Positions 18,571-29,693 of a DNA stretch of 64,000 nucleotides are shown in pieces; position 1 is the stretch's first letter, and each line of letters begins with the position of its first letter. This DNA comes from a virus: positions 84,314 to 148,313 of IMG/VR virus record IMGVR_UViG_3300044631_002422. One strand, 5' to 3'. Under the pieces are notes generated by a model, which worked only from the letters and a program-made list of their open reading frames with translations, had not been told where the DNA came from and ran no database searches. The position numbers and the translations under genes were made by a program.

Positions 18571-20201
18571 GAAAAAAAAGGATACTTTGGGTAAACGATG
18601 CGTCTTGGAAAGGAACTGGTTATGCCGTTTACTCCAATGAGGTATTGTCTAGGCTTAATAAGGTTGAAGATTTTGAAGTTGCTGAAATAGCTTGTTATGC
18701 AGACAAAAATGATCCAAAAATAAAAGAAGTTCCTTGGAAGGTTTACCCGAATAGACCCTTGGAAACGGACCCTTCGTTTGAAAGTTATGTAAAAAATCCA
18801 AGCTCAATTTTTGGCGAAAATTCTTTCAACGAAGTTCTTTTAGACTTCATGCCGGATATAGTTATGGATATACGAGACTGGTGGATGTTTGAATATCAGC
18901 AACGTTCGCCATTTCGTGACTTTTTTCATTGGGCTATAATGCCAGCCGTTGATGCTGCTCCTCAAAATCCTCAATGGTTGAATACCTATGCTTCCGCTGA
19001 TAGCGTTTTTGGGTATTGTGAATTCAGTAAAAAGACGTTGCAAAATCAATCGGACAAGATAAACTTTATAGATATAGCATCCCCAGCAGCCAATGCCGAA
19101 GATTTCAGACCAGTCGAGAATAAACAACTTCACAAAGATGCTATGGGACTAGATTCTGGTTCTATAATAGTAGGAACTGTGATGCGTAATCAACGCAGGA
19201 AACTTTATCCAGACCTATTTAAAGCGTTTAGAATGTTTCTTGACAAAACTAAAAACCCAAATGTCTTTCTTCTCTGCCATAAATATTATCCAGATATTGG
19301 CTGGGAAACTCCTGTACTACTTGATATGTTTGGCTTAAGCAATAGAGTGTTATTTTCATATAAGTGTCAAGAGTGCAAAGATATCAGTGTTGACTTCTTT
19401 AAAGATTCAGTAACTCATTGTACAAAATGTAAAAAATTTAGCAAAAGGCTGGTTGGCGTTGACAACCCTATGAACAATCAAGAGTTGAGCAAAGTATACA
19501 ATCTTTTTGATGTATATGTTCAGTATGCCAACAGCGAAGGATTTGGTATGCCGCAGTTAGAAGCTGCTTATTGCGGAGTTCCAGTAATGACTATTTATTA
19601 CTCTGCAATGAAGTCAGTGGCAGATAATATTGGAGCTATACCAATACATCCAATCCAATATTCAATGGAATGCGAAACTGGATGTTATCGAGCTATACCA
19701 AACAATCAGCAATTTGTAGAAAAGTTAGAAGATATATTGAACGCCGATTTCAGATCGTTTGGTTTAAAAACCGCCGAGTTGGCTAGGAATCATTATAGTT
19801 GGGATAAAACTGCTAAAGTGTGGATAGACTACTTTAAAACAGTTCCAATGAAGAATCATCTTGATACATGGAAGTCTCCGCCTAAAATATTCGAACCAAC
19901 AACAACGATACCAAATGATATTGTTGATTTAAAAGATCAAGTTAATTATATATTTAGATACGTTCTTTATAAACCAGAATGGATTGGTGGGTATTTTTGG
20001 TCAAAAGTATTGAAAGATATTACATTTGGATACCGCGTAAGAAATTCTGAAGATGATTATTACTTCAATGAATCACATATGCCAGCAGTTGATAAGTATG
20101 AAAAGTTTAATTTTGTTATGGCAGTAAACGAGCTAACAAATCTTAGAAACCAATGGAACGAATGGGAAAAATTAAGGAGTGAATACATTGCAAGACTTTA
20201 G
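18567..20201 (+). CDS. GT-B (GT4-like) glycosyltransferase with CxxC insert
   Basis: TGYA, VMRNQRRK, YNLFDVYV, EGFGMPQLEAAYCGVP. Confidence 0.88.
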   Translation: MRKKRILWVNDASWKGTGYAVYSNEVLSRLNKVEDFEVAEIACYADKNDPKIKEVPWKVYPNRPLETDPSFESYVKNPSSIFGENSFNEVLLDFMPDIVMDIRDWWMFEYQQRSPFRDFFHWAIMPAVDAAPQNPQWLNTYASADSVFGYCEFSKKTLQNQSDKINFIDIASPAANAEDFRPVENKQLHKDAMGLDSGSIIVGTVMRNQRRKLYPDLFKAFRMFLDKTKNPNVFLLCHKYYPDIGWETPVLLDMFGLSNRVLFSYKCQECKDISVDFFKDSVTHCTKCKKFSKRLVGVDNPMNNQELSKVYNLFDVYVQYANSEGFGMPQLEAAYCGVPVMTIYYSAMKSVADNIGAIPIHPIQYSMECETGCYRAIPNNQQFVEKLEDILNADFRSFGLKTAELARNHYSWDKTAKVWIDYFKTVPMKNHLDTWKSPPKIFEPTTTIPNDIVDLKDQVNYIFRYVLYKPEWIGGYFWSKVLKDITFGYRVRNSEDDYYFNESHMPAVDKYEKFNFVMAVNELTNLRNQWNEWEKLRSEYIARL

Positions 20202-20778
20202 TTGGATAATCGACCAAATAAATAAAGGCAGCATAAACCTAGATACGATTCGTATCGAGAGCAATCTAGCTGTAAGAGATGGTTTGTTTAAAGAAATATT
20301 GGACTCTTTTAATGAACAGCCAATCAAAGTTTTTCAAATTGGAGCAATAGAATCTCTAGAAAATAAATTCAGGATTGGCTCTGGTTGGAGCGACTTATTT
20401 TTTGGTGTTTATATTAAAAAATATGGCGGAACCCTTGTAGTTGTAGATATATGCTTGAACCATATAGCTAATTCAAGTTTTGTATCTAGCCAGATAGGTT
20501 ATGAAACAAATTTTATTTTTGGAGATGCAAATAATTTTATTTCTACTGGATATGACATATACTATCTCGATGGTGCTGACATATCTTATGCGGAAGATGC
20601 TTACGAGCAAACATTGTCACAATTCAAGAAAATTGAAGGTACAAATTCTGTTGTTCTTGTTGATGATGCTCCAAGCAAGGGCAAGGCTTTGCTCGATTAC
20701 CTAAAACAAAAAAACATACCATATACATACCATAATTTTGGTTCTGGAATGATCAAGATTGATATGAGGTCAAAATGA
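20179..20778 (+). CDS. class I SAM methyltransferase-like
   Basis: FQIGA, VVVDI, YYLDGAD and VLVDD motifs. Confidence 0.55.
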   Translation: MNTLQDFSWIIDQINKGSINLDTIRIESNLAVRDGLFKEILDSFNEQPIKVFQIGAIESLENKFRIGSGWSDLFFGVYIKKYGGTLVVVDICLNHIANSSFVSSQIGYETNFIFGDANNFISTGYDIYYLDGADISYAEDAYEQTLSQFKKIEGTNSVVLVDDAPSKGKALLDYLKQKNIPYTYHNFGSGMIKIDMRSK

Positions 20779-21854
20779 AAGTTCTTTATATTGGACACTA
20801 TAGAGATGGAACAGGATGGGGAAATGCAGCTATAAACAATATTTTAGCCTTGGATTCTGTTGGGGTTAAAGTTGTTCCGCGAGCCATTACATACGAGGCT
20901 CAAGATAGGTTATATCCAAATAGAATCCGAGAATTGGAAGATAACTCAGAGTCTGGTTGCGATATTGTGATTCAACACACGTTGCCAAATAACTACTGGT
21001 ATAATTCTAGTTATAGAAATATTGGCTGTATGACTGCCGAGTCTTCAAATTTTAAATCAACAGGATGGCAAAACTATTGCAATATAATGGACGATATTTG
21101 GGTTTCGAGTAAAGTGACAAAAGATATATGCAAACGAAGCGGAGTCAAAACACCAATAGATATTGTTCCTTATGCTATAGACTTAAGTAAATATGAAAAC
21201 CCATCTGGCGAACAAATAGAAGAACTAAAAAACAACTTTACTTTTGGTTTTGTTGGCGAGTTTATTGAGCGTAAAAACATAAAAGCTCTTATCCAAGCTT
21301 TTCATATGGAGTTTGATCCAAGAGAACCCGTTAACTTGTTGATCAAAACCTCAAAAAGAGATTTAAATGGAATTCAGGCTTATTTTAATCATATCAAACG
21401 AGGGTTAAAAATAAGACAAAATTACATAGAAGAAATAATCATAACTGGAATCATGCCAGAAAATGACTACATATCTGTTTTATCGCAAGTAGATTGTTTT
21501 GTTATGCCGAGCAGAGGAGAAGCTGGTTGTATTCCATCGCTTGAAGCTATGGCTCTAGGAATACCCGTTATTTGGACTCATGGCATAGGAATGGACCACG
21601 CAATTGGTACAGCGGTAAAATCCGATAACGTCCCTTGTTTTGGGGCAATAGAAACTCTTAATGACTTAGACACTGCGGAAGCTACATGGAAGGATATCGA
21701 TGTAATAGAATTGACAAATGCTATGAGAAAAATGTATGAAAACATAATTGTCAAAAATAACAAAGAAAACATGGCAAAACAATGCAAAAATCAAGCAGCG
21801 AGATATTCTCACAAAGAAATAGGAAAACTTATGCTGGAGGTTTTAAATAAATGA
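20775..21854 (+). CDS. GT4-like glycosyltransferase
   Basis: ERKNI, DCFVMPSRGEA...LEAMALGIPVI. Confidence 0.88.
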   Translation: MKVLYIGHYRDGTGWGNAAINNILALDSVGVKVVPRAITYEAQDRLYPNRIRELEDNSESGCDIVIQHTLPNNYWYNSSYRNIGCMTAESSNFKSTGWQNYCNIMDDIWVSSKVTKDICKRSGVKTPIDIVPYAIDLSKYENPSGEQIEELKNNFTFGFVGEFIERKNIKALIQAFHMEFDPREPVNLLIKTSKRDLNGIQAYFNHIKRGLKIRQNYIEEIIITGIMPENDYISVLSQVDCFVMPSRGEAGCIPSLEAMALGIPVIWTHGIGMDHAIGTAVKSDNVPCFGAIETLNDLDTAEATWKDIDVIELTNAMRKMYENIIVKNNKENMAKQCKNQAARYSHKEIGKLMLEVLNK

Positions 21855-22879
21855 CCGCTAGAGCCAATGTCAGAGCAGTTCGTTCATTTATGGGGAAGAA
21901 TAAACCAAAAGACAAGTTGAATATTTTGACTTTTCCAACCCATGAACGCTATGAAGAAAATCTTTGTAGAACCGGGCATAATTTTTACGCATTCAACTAT
22001 GGGAAAACTTGGAATACAACGTATGCTCCAGTTCCTGAAAACTATCATATAATCAATAGTCTTCCTAATTGGCTTGATATTGATTTAGTTTTGAGTCACA
22101 CATCATGCGAACGACTCCAAGTAGCACATGATTTACTTTCCGAAACTTTAGGAATATCGGACGGTGTATCAGTTCCAATACTGAGGCATTGTCACATTCT
22201 TCCGACTGCTGGACTTGAGAATCAAGTAGAAAATTACAAAAACATAAAAGTATTTCGCGACTCATTTATTTCAAAGTATAGCATGAATGCTTGGGGATAT
22301 ACAGACGATGAAGCTTTTGTTGTAAATCATGGAATTGATACAGATTTTTGGAAACCGGACAATTCGATAAAACGCGACAATGTTTTATTGTCAGTAGTAA
22401 ACGATTGGCCAAACCGTGATTGGTGTTGCGGGTTTAACTTGTGGAGACGTACAGTTAAACTAGGAACTGAAAACCAATTACCAGTTAGTGTCTTTGGAGA
22501 TAGTCCGGGATTATCAATTGCAGCAAAAGATAAACAGCATTTACGACAAATATATCAAAATTCAAGTATCTTTTATAACACATCGCTGTTTTCACCAATT
22601 CCAACTGTGTTAATGGAAGCAATGGCTTGTGGCTGTGCAATTATTTCAACAAATAATTGTATGATACCAGAAGTTATAGAGCATGGCTACAATGGTCTTT
22701 TATCAAACGATCCAGACGAGCTAACTTCATATTGCGAATTGTTGTTAAATAAACCAGAGTTCGCAAGAAGGCTTGGAAATAACGCTATGTTGACAATACT
22801 AGAAAAGTATAATATGCAAAATTTTATCGATAATTGGAACACATTACTTTACAATACAGTTGGAGATTTTAGATGTTGA
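21851..22879 (+). CDS. GT4-like glycosyltransferase
   Basis: HGIDTDFW, MEAMACGCAIIST, PEVIEHGYNG. Confidence 0.88.
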   Translation: MTARANVRAVRSFMGKNKPKDKLNILTFPTHERYEENLCRTGHNFYAFNYGKTWNTTYAPVPENYHIINSLPNWLDIDLVLSHTSCERLQVAHDLLSETLGISDGVSVPILRHCHILPTAGLENQVENYKNIKVFRDSFISKYSMNAWGYTDDEAFVVNHGIDTDFWKPDNSIKRDNVLLSVVNDWPNRDWCCGFNLWRRTVKLGTENQLPVSVFGDSPGLSIAAKDKQHLRQIYQNSSIFYNTSLFSPIPTVLMEAMACGCAIISTNNCMIPEVIEHGYNGLLSNDPDELTSYCELLLNKPEFARRLGNNAMLTILEKYNMQNFIDNWNTLLYNTVGDFRC

Positions 22880-23319
22880 TATACCTAACAGGAAGAGATT
22901 TGGTCTTATCAGTGCCAGAAGCTTACTCAAAGCATAACATATATCGTGACGCTGCTTCGTTATCGCGGAACGTGCTTCAAAATGAAGCTACTGAAATTAT
23001 TTGTCAAGATTTTCTTTGCTGCTTCAACTGGAAAGACCTTCCAAAAATAATCGATTTAATCTTAAGTAAAATGAGAAAAGGTTGCAAGTTGACTATAATA
23101 GAAAAAGACTTGAGATTAATTTCTAGACAAGTTTACAAAGATTTATACAATACAGAACTTTTAAACAAAAAAGTGTTCGAATTTGGCCAAATAGTCAAGT
23201 CTTTGTTTTCTTTAGAAGATATAATTGGACATATAACTGATACCGATCAATATATTGTAACATCTAAGGGCTTCATAGATGCAACAAGTTTTAGCCTAAT
23301 AGTGGAGAGAGTTAGATGA
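22873..23319 (+). CDS. hypothetical protein (possible degenerate methyltransferase fold)
   Basis: 148-aa ORF; KMRKGCKLTI resembles the methyltransferase LKPGG strand. Confidence 0.55.
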   Translation: MLIYLTGRDLVLSVPEAYSKHNIYRDAASLSRNVLQNEATEIICQDFLCCFNWKDLPKIIDLILSKMRKGCKLTIIEKDLRLISRQVYKDLYNTELLNKKVFEFGQIVKSLFSLEDIIGHITDTDQYIVTSKGFIDATSFSLIVERVR

Positions 23320-24116
23320 AAATAGTTACGCATTGCGAAGATTGTATATTCGCTAAATTAAATAAAGAAAATAAACAAGAATCGTGTTCACTTGATAGGC
23401 CGAATAAACTTGGTATTGAAAAGTTAGAGGGTGATTATTTCGAGTTGCGGAGGTATTGCAATGCGTTTCGTCCACTGGAGTGGGTTCAACAATTAGAGTT
23501 TGAAGAGTCATTAAATCCAGAAAATGCAGTTCTACAGGAAGTATATCCAAGAATTGGTTTTTTTGTAAAGCTAAATACAAATGAACCAAACGCAATAGAT
23601 GCTTTGGATCTAACTATAAATTCTATCACTAAAATTCATGGTAAACAGGCATCGTATGTCGTTGTAATTAATGATAAAGTTGAATACAATGAAGAAATAT
23701 GGGGACTCTTTATCAAGTACTTTGGCGAACAATCACCGGTAACAAAATACCATATTGTACAAATTGAAGAAAAGCCAAATAAAATAATTCAAATAATTGA
23801 CGAAGCTTTCGGCAAGGCGGAAAATAGTTGGATAATGTGTACATCGAGCGGACTTAGAGTTAAGCCGGAAACGCTTGATAGGCTTCATGAAATTCTTAAC
23901 ATAGAAATGAAGCAAATCACAATGATAGAACCAATTGATGATTTTAACGGACTTATGTTTCCGGCTTATTTATTCAAGTTCTTGAATGGAAATAAAACAA
24001 AAGTTTTCAGTGATGAAATAGCTGACAGTAATGAATTCATTGAAAAAGTAAGAAACGCAGAAGAGCGTGGACAAACAAAAACCATATTTAACTGGAGAGA
24101 GTTTTATGGGAAATAA
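23316..24116 (+). CDS. hypothetical protein (possible degenerate GT-A fold)
   Basis: 266-aa ORF in the glyco-operon with N-terminal CEDC. Confidence 0.6.
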   Translation: MKIVTHCEDCIFAKLNKENKQESCSLDRPNKLGIEKLEGDYFELRRYCNAFRPLEWVQQLEFEESLNPENAVLQEVYPRIGFFVKLNTNEPNAIDALDLTINSITKIHGKQASYVVVINDKVEYNEEIWGLFIKYFGEQSPVTKYHIVQIEEKPNKIIQIIDEAFGKAENSWIMCTSSGLRVKPETLDRLHEILNIEMKQITMIEPIDDFNGLMFPAYLFKFLNGNKTKVFSDEIADSNEFIEKVRNAEERGQTKTIFNWREFYGK

Positions 24117-24840
24117 CTTTCCAAATGTTGCTATTGTTTGCGCAAATTACAACTATGGTAAATTTATAGTTGCTGCAATGAAAAGCATTATGAGCCAAAC
24201 ATATAAAGGTAAAATTCGTCTTTATGTTGTAGATGACGGATCTACCGATAACTCATGGGAATTAATATCTGAATATGCCGCGTTATTTTCTGATAAAATT
24301 TTTCCAATCAGAATACAAAATTCTGGCGCTAGTGCTGCTAGAAATTTAGCAATTGAATACGCTATTGAATGGGCTGAAATCATAGGTATACTTGATGCTG
24401 ATGACGCATACATGCCAAATAAAGTCGCGGTCTTAGTTAACAAACTTGTAGAACATGACGAAATAGGCGTTGCTTACGGCGATTATATGAATGTATTTCC
24501 AGAGTATTCTAAACTAGAATTCAAGTCATCTTACAGTAAAATAGGTCTTCTACAAAAGTGTATGGTTCATAGTAATTCTTTGATAAAAAAGAAATACTTA
24601 CAACAAGCAAAACTTCCAAACGGAGACTTCTTTGATAGAAATCTTCATGGACCGGCAAGCAAAGATTTTATTGGATGCACCGAAGATTATGACTTATGGA
24701 TAAGATTGTCTAACTTATGTATCATAACACACGTTCCAGAATGTTTAGCTATTGCCAATCAACATGGAAACAATCAATCAATGAAGATGACTGCTGAAAT
24801 TTTCAATCAAAACACACGAACAATGATGGAAAGAAAATGA
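24106..24840 (+). CDS. GT2 glycosyltransferase
   Basis: NYNYG, SQTY, VVDDGSTD, ARN, LDADD and EDYDLW motifs. Confidence 0.92.
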   Translation: MGNNFPNVAIVCANYNYGKFIVAAMKSIMSQTYKGKIRLYVVDDGSTDNSWELISEYAALFSDKIFPIRIQNSGASAARNLAIEYAIEWAEIIGILDADDAYMPNKVAVLVNKLVEHDEIGVAYGDYMNVFPEYSKLEFKSSYSKIGLLQKCMVHSNSLIKKKYLQQAKLPNGDFFDRNLHGPASKDFIGCTEDYDLWIRLSNLCIITHVPECLAIANQHGNNQSMKMTAEIFNQNTRTMMERK

Positions 24841-25547
24841 GTAGATTTGTTACCAATATAAGAAAAAAAGTAGTTCAAAATGATCAGTCAGATGGTATAT
24901 CGGTAGCAATACTTTCCGCTGGCTGTGGAAGTAAAATCAAGTCATATGAACCAAGAAGTTTGCTAAAAATAAACAACGAAGAATTTTTGATAGATCATCA
25001 ACTTACAACTATAGCTAATTTTTTTGTAAAACCGGAAATCATTACTGTTGTTGGTTGCTATGCAAACAAGGTAATCAAAAAAATTAAAGGTAAATGCAGA
25101 GTAGTTGAAAATCAGATACATGAAGAAACTAATGCTTCAGAAAGTATGAGACTTGCGTTCAACAATTCAAGCATGTCAAGTTTTATGTTTATACATGGAG
25201 ATATTCTGTTTGATACAAATTGTTTAGATGCAGAATACTCTCATTCGTTTATAATTACAGATTCCAAAAAAATGATAGGTGAAAATGAAATAGGAGTTAC
25301 TATTGTTGATAATAAAGCTTCGATAATGTCATACGGACTTCCTATAAAATGGGCGCAAATAGCGTTTTTTACTGGCAAAGAGTTAAAAATACTAAATAAC
25401 ATCTTTCAAAGATTTGAAGACAAAGATAAAAAGAAACTTTCATTTGAAATAATTAATGATGTTATTTCTAACGGGGGAGTGTTTCATTGTTATGAACCAC
25501 ATAAGATGAGAATCAAGGAAATTGATACAATAAAGGATATAGAATGA
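24837..25547 (+). CDS. sugar/choline-phosphate nucleotidyltransferase-like
   Basis: ILSAGCGSKI...PRSLL, HGDILF and EIDT motifs. Confidence 0.75.
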   Translation: MSRFVTNIRKKVVQNDQSDGISVAILSAGCGSKIKSYEPRSLLKINNEEFLIDHQLTTIANFFVKPEIITVVGCYANKVIKKIKGKCRVVENQIHEETNASESMRLAFNNSSMSSFMFIHGDILFDTNCLDAEYSHSFIITDSKKMIGENEIGVTIVDNKASIMSYGLPIKWAQIAFFTGKELKILNNIFQRFEDKDKKKLSFEIINDVISNGGVFHCYEPHKMRIKEIDTIKDIE

Positions 25548-26590
25548 AAGTACTAATAGCAAGCGATGGTTTACACGCTCATTTCTATGAAAGAATGACA
25601 TGGGCAAATGCTTTCATGGCCTGCGGAATAAATGTTGCTATATGGGACATAAAACAACATTCAGCTTTTGATGTTTTTGATACTTTCGAACCAGATTTGT
25701 TTCTTGGTCAATCATACAATCTTGATGAAGCAACGATAAAATGTATATATGAAAGACCTCATTTAAAAGTTGGTCTTCGTGCTGGCGATTGGGGGGATCA
25801 AACAAAAGAAATTGACTTTAATAAGTTCAATATATTGGCATGTTCTATTAAAGAACGAGAAATGCTAAAAAAACTAAAAGATGAAACTGGCCAACCGGAG
25901 TTTGTTCATATCCATTATACTCCAGAAGCTATATCTAAAACTCATAACTATTTTGAAACAATTGGAATCAAACCAGTTTCAATTATGATGTCTGCCGATA
26001 CCGTTTCTTATAGCAATGCAAAGTTTGATCCGTCTTTAGAATGTGACATAGCTTTTGTTGGCGGATTTTGGCCGTATAAAGGTCAAGTAATACGTCCATA
26101 TTTTTTCCCGCTACTTGAGCATATTGGCAAATACAGAGTGAAAATTTTTGGAAATCAACCTTGGCCAGTCAACCAATACTGCGGACTCATCAACGATGAA
26201 GACGTAAAGAATTTATTTGCCTCTGCTAAAATATGTCCAAATTTAAGTGAGCCACATGCTCATGAATTTGGCTTTGATGTTAATGAAAGAATATTCAAGA
26301 TTTTATATGCTGATGGATTCTGCATAAGTGATAATGTAGAAGGATACAAAAACACTTTTTCTGATTCGGTTGTTTATGCAAGTTCTCCAAATGACTTCAG
26401 TGAAAAGGTTGAATATTACCTACAAAACCCAGATGAAAGAAAAATTATATCAAATCTTGGAAAAAAACTTGTTCGGGAAAATCATACAGGGTTTCATCGT
26501 GTATCGCAAATATTACAAGAATCTGGATATACAGAGTTATCAAAAGAACTATTGACTCAATACCGAAAGTATATAAATGAACAAGCCTAA
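25544..26590 (+). CDS. CgeB-like GT-B glycosyltransferase
   Basis: DIAFVG, AKICPN, NERIF, YYLQNPDER...ENHT. Confidence 0.8.
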   Translation: MKVLIASDGLHAHFYERMTWANAFMACGINVAIWDIKQHSAFDVFDTFEPDLFLGQSYNLDEATIKCIYERPHLKVGLRAGDWGDQTKEIDFNKFNILACSIKEREMLKKLKDETGQPEFVHIHYTPEAISKTHNYFETIGIKPVSIMMSADTVSYSNAKFDPSLECDIAFVGGFWPYKGQVIRPYFFPLLEHIGKYRVKIFGNQPWPVNQYCGLINDEDVKNLFASAKICPNLSEPHAHEFGFDVNERIFKILYADGFCISDNVEGYKNTFSDSVVYASSPNDFSEKVEYYLQNPDERKIISNLGKKLVRENHTGFHRVSQILQESGYTELSKELLTQYRKYINEQA

Positions 26591-27542
26591 AATTTTGATT
26601 ACTGGGTCTACTGGATTTCTTGGTAGGGCAGTTATGAGCGCAATCGATGATAAATATATCAAAATTGGGCTTAAGGGAAAATCTCATTGTGATTTAACAA
26701 ATCAAAAATATGTTGATTATACTTTACAAGAATATGAACCGGACTATATTATTCATCTAGCTGCCGCCTGTGGAGGGATAGGAATAAACCAAAAATTACC
26801 GGGACAATTCTTGTATGACAATCTAGCGATGGGAATGAATTTAATCGAAAGCTGCCGCAAATATGGCAGACTGAAAAAATTCATTATGGTTGGCACTGTT
26901 TGTTCTTATCCTAAATACACTCCAGTTCCATTTCAAGAAGAAGATCTTTGGAACGGATATCCTGAAGAAACCAATGCTCCATACGGTATAGCAAAAAAGA
27001 CGTTAATAGAAATGCTTGTTGCTTATAATAAGCAGTATGGATTTAATTCCACAAACTTAATACCAGTAAATATGTATGGCCCAAACGATAATTTCAATCC
27101 TACTAGCAGTCATGTTATACCAGCATTGATATTAAAAATAGATCGCGCTATTCAAAATAATGAAAACAGTATCATACTATGGGGCAGCGGACACGCAAGT
27201 CGTGAATTTTTGTATGTTGAAGATTGCGCGCAGGCAATCGTTTCTTGCCTAAATGTAGATACTGATCCATATCCAATCAATATAGGAACATGTAGCGAAA
27301 TTACTATCAAAGATCTAGTATCAAAGATTGCAAATGTAATGGGCTATAATGGAAACATATTATACAATTTAAATTATCCAGATGGTCAACCAAGGAGATG
27401 TTTAGATATAACCAAAGCTTCAACTATTCTAAATTTTACAGCTAAAACAAATCTTGACGATGGATTGAAACAAACCGTTGACTGGTACTACAAAAACAAA
27501 GATATGGAGAAATTCGTTGATTACTTTAATTATATTCAGTAA
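26577..27542 (+). CDS. fcl: GDP-L-fucose synthase
   Basis: TGSTGFLG, HLAAACGGI, GTVCSYPK, YGIAKK, NMYGPNDNF, SHVIPALI, REFLYVED. Confidence 0.93.
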   Translation: MNKPKILITGSTGFLGRAVMSAIDDKYIKIGLKGKSHCDLTNQKYVDYTLQEYEPDYIIHLAAACGGIGINQKLPGQFLYDNLAMGMNLIESCRKYGRLKKFIMVGTVCSYPKYTPVPFQEEDLWNGYPEETNAPYGIAKKTLIEMLVAYNKQYGFNSTNLIPVNMYGPNDNFNPTSSHVIPALILKIDRAIQNNENSIILWGSGHASREFLYVEDCAQAIVSCLNVDTDPYPINIGTCSEITIKDLVSKIANVMGYNGNILYNLNYPDGQPRRCLDITKASTILNFTAKTNLDDGLKQTVDWYYKNKDMEKFVDYFNYIQ

Positions 27543-28395
27543 AAATAGACCATTACAATTAGATCTTTGCTTGTCTAGCATAAGGCAAAACTTTAATGCA
27601 AACTATACTCCAATAGTTTTGTATGACTGTGACGAACAGTATGAAAATGCATATAAAAATCTCAAAGATGAACATGCTAATGTAATGTTTTGGCGGCAGG
27701 GTAGATCTTTATTTGAAGATGTTTTTGTTGCCATAAACTCTTACGATGATTCGTATGTTTGTTTTATGACCGATGATTGTATTATGTACCAACAATCACC
27801 AAATCTTAGCAACGAAAATATAAACAACATATTTGCAATGGAAAATATTTGTTGTTTTTCTTTACGGCTTGGAGCCAATATAACAAAACGCGGGCATTTA
27901 GGAGAAAAAGAGTTTGAATGGTTTGATAGTCCACTTCTATACTCAGAAGGCTTAACCGTATGGCAAAATAAGCTAGGATTTATTTGTTGGGATAGAACAC
28001 AACATTTTTATGGAAGCTATTGGAATTACCCAATTTCAGTAGATGGCCATATATTCAGAACCAAAGACCTTTCATCTTGGATGGAAGAGTTGGTGTATTT
28101 AGAGCCAATAAAAAAATGGCAACAAACACCAAATGAACTAGAACGATCTTTACAGAGATTTGTAAACGAAATAAAACCACTGGTTGGATGTTTCGAGTTG
28201 AGTTGTGTTGTAAATAGTCCAAACAATAGAGTTCAAAATACAATTCTAAATTACGAAGGTGTTTTTCATCCCGCGACAGCAGAATTACTGCTTCAATATT
28301 TTGAACAAGGAAAACGAATAGATTTACAGAAATTAGATACTGGTAATATCGAATGTCCTCATACTGAAATTGATATACTTAAGGGATTAGAATGA
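27517..28395 (+). CDS. GT-A fold glycosyltransferase-like
   Basis: IIFSKNRPLQL, FMTDD, FSLRLG and YPISVDGH; TTG start after GGAGA. Confidence 0.7.
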   Translation: MITLIIFSKNRPLQLDLCLSSIRQNFNANYTPIVLYDCDEQYENAYKNLKDEHANVMFWRQGRSLFEDVFVAINSYDDSYVCFMTDDCIMYQQSPNLSNENINNIFAMENICCFSLRLGANITKRGHLGEKEFEWFDSPLLYSEGLTVWQNKLGFICWDRTQHFYGSYWNYPISVDGHIFRTKDLSSWMEELVYLEPIKKWQQTPNELERSLQRFVNEIKPLVGCFELSCVVNSPNNRVQNTILNYEGVFHPATAELLLQYFEQGKRIDLQKLDTGNIECPHTEIDILKGLE

Positions 28396-29138
28396 TTAGT
28401 GTAGTAACTGGCACTTTGAATAGATATGATTATCTTTACGGACTTCTAAAAAATACTATTTGGGCTGACGATAGAATAGAATTAGTTTTAGTTGATGGTG
28501 GAAGTACAGATGGTACAATAGAATTAGGACGAGAGATAGCCTCAAAAGAACCAAGACTTAAATTTATAGAAGTTGGACATAGAAGTTCTTACCCACATTA
28601 TATGAATCTGGGTATAAAAAATGCCTCGCATGAGTTGATTTGCCAATGGAACGACGATGTTTTACTTTGCAACAAATGGTCAGAGGCTTTAGATGAAATT
28701 GATGATCATGATGTTTACATATTTAATTGGAAAACTGGATCTTTAGAAGACACGCACAATCCTGAATGGCTCAAGTGCAACAGCATACGCGACAACGGAT
28801 GGATTGTAATAAACAATGCCGAATACAAATATCCACAATCCATAGGCGAGCAATACAATGAAGTATGCGTAAACTACGGAATTTACAAAAAGGATGTGTT
28901 TAGAAAATATGGTCTTTACAATCCAGAGTATCAATACTACTGTGCAGATGGAGAAATGGCCATGCGATCAAAATATCATGGGGCAAAATTTAAAACTTGT
29001 TTAAACATAAAGGTTTGTGTGCTTCCAGCGGAAAAAAGAGCCATTATGACTAATGAGGATGTTCAAAGATACAATTTGGACTGCTTTCATTTTAACTATA
29101 AAACACCTAGCTATTTCAATGGTGAGTATCTGGAGTAA
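28392..29138 (+). CDS. GT2 glycosyltransferase
   Basis: ISVVTGTLNR, VDGGSTDGT, NLGIKNA and WNDD motifs. Confidence 0.88.
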   Translation: MISVVTGTLNRYDYLYGLLKNTIWADDRIELVLVDGGSTDGTIELGREIASKEPRLKFIEVGHRSSYPHYMNLGIKNASHELICQWNDDVLLCNKWSEALDEIDDHDVYIFNWKTGSLEDTHNPEWLKCNSIRDNGWIVINNAEYKYPQSIGEQYNEVCVNYGIYKKDVFRKYGLYNPEYQYYCADGEMAMRSKYHGAKFKTCLNIKVCVLPAEKRAIMTNEDVQRYNLDCFHFNYKTPSYFNGEYLE

Positions 29139-29141
29139 ATT

Positions 29142-29693
29142 ATGAGTAAAACTGGGTTTTTGCTATTCGGAAGATTTGATTCAGATAATAGCATAGATAG
29201 TGAAATACAACAATGTTTGCAGCATTTTGGGAATCTAGAAATAGACTTGCATTTCTTGGGATTTGGCGCAGCAGGAAAAAATACAACAAAATTAAACGAT
29301 AATTTTTCATTATTTGAAAGTTTGGATATTACATTTTTTCAGAACAAAATCGTCTCAAAATTAGAAAACTTTACAGAGTTGGGTTATAACAAAACAATAA
29401 TATGCAGCTGCTCGTACCAAATAAAGAATCTAAATTTTCTAGACAAAAACTTAATATTTGTTTACTATGATGATTTGGATTTTGAAAAACACAAAAATAT
29501 CAACCATAGATTCATGTATGGTCGCACTTCTTTAATAAAAAGAATATGGGAAAATAGACCGTTTGACGTAACCAAAGACTTAGATAAAAATTTGTTTCTA
29601 AATACATTTAATGTAATAGGTCTTAAAAAAATGAATGAAAACAAAGTATTGATGGATCAAACGATCCAAAGAATCGGATGGTCTTCTCAATGA
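29142..29693 (+). CDS. hypothetical protein
   Basis: 183-aa ORF within the operon. Confidence 0.6.
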   Translation: MSKTGFLLFGRFDSDNSIDSEIQQCLQHFGNLEIDLHFLGFGAAGKNTTKLNDNFSLFESLDITFFQNKIVSKLENFTELGYNKTIICSCSYQIKNLNFLDKNLIFVYYDDLDFEKHKNINHRFMYGRTSLIKRIWENRPFDVTKDLDKNLFLNTFNVIGLKKMNENKVLMDQTIQRIGWSSQ

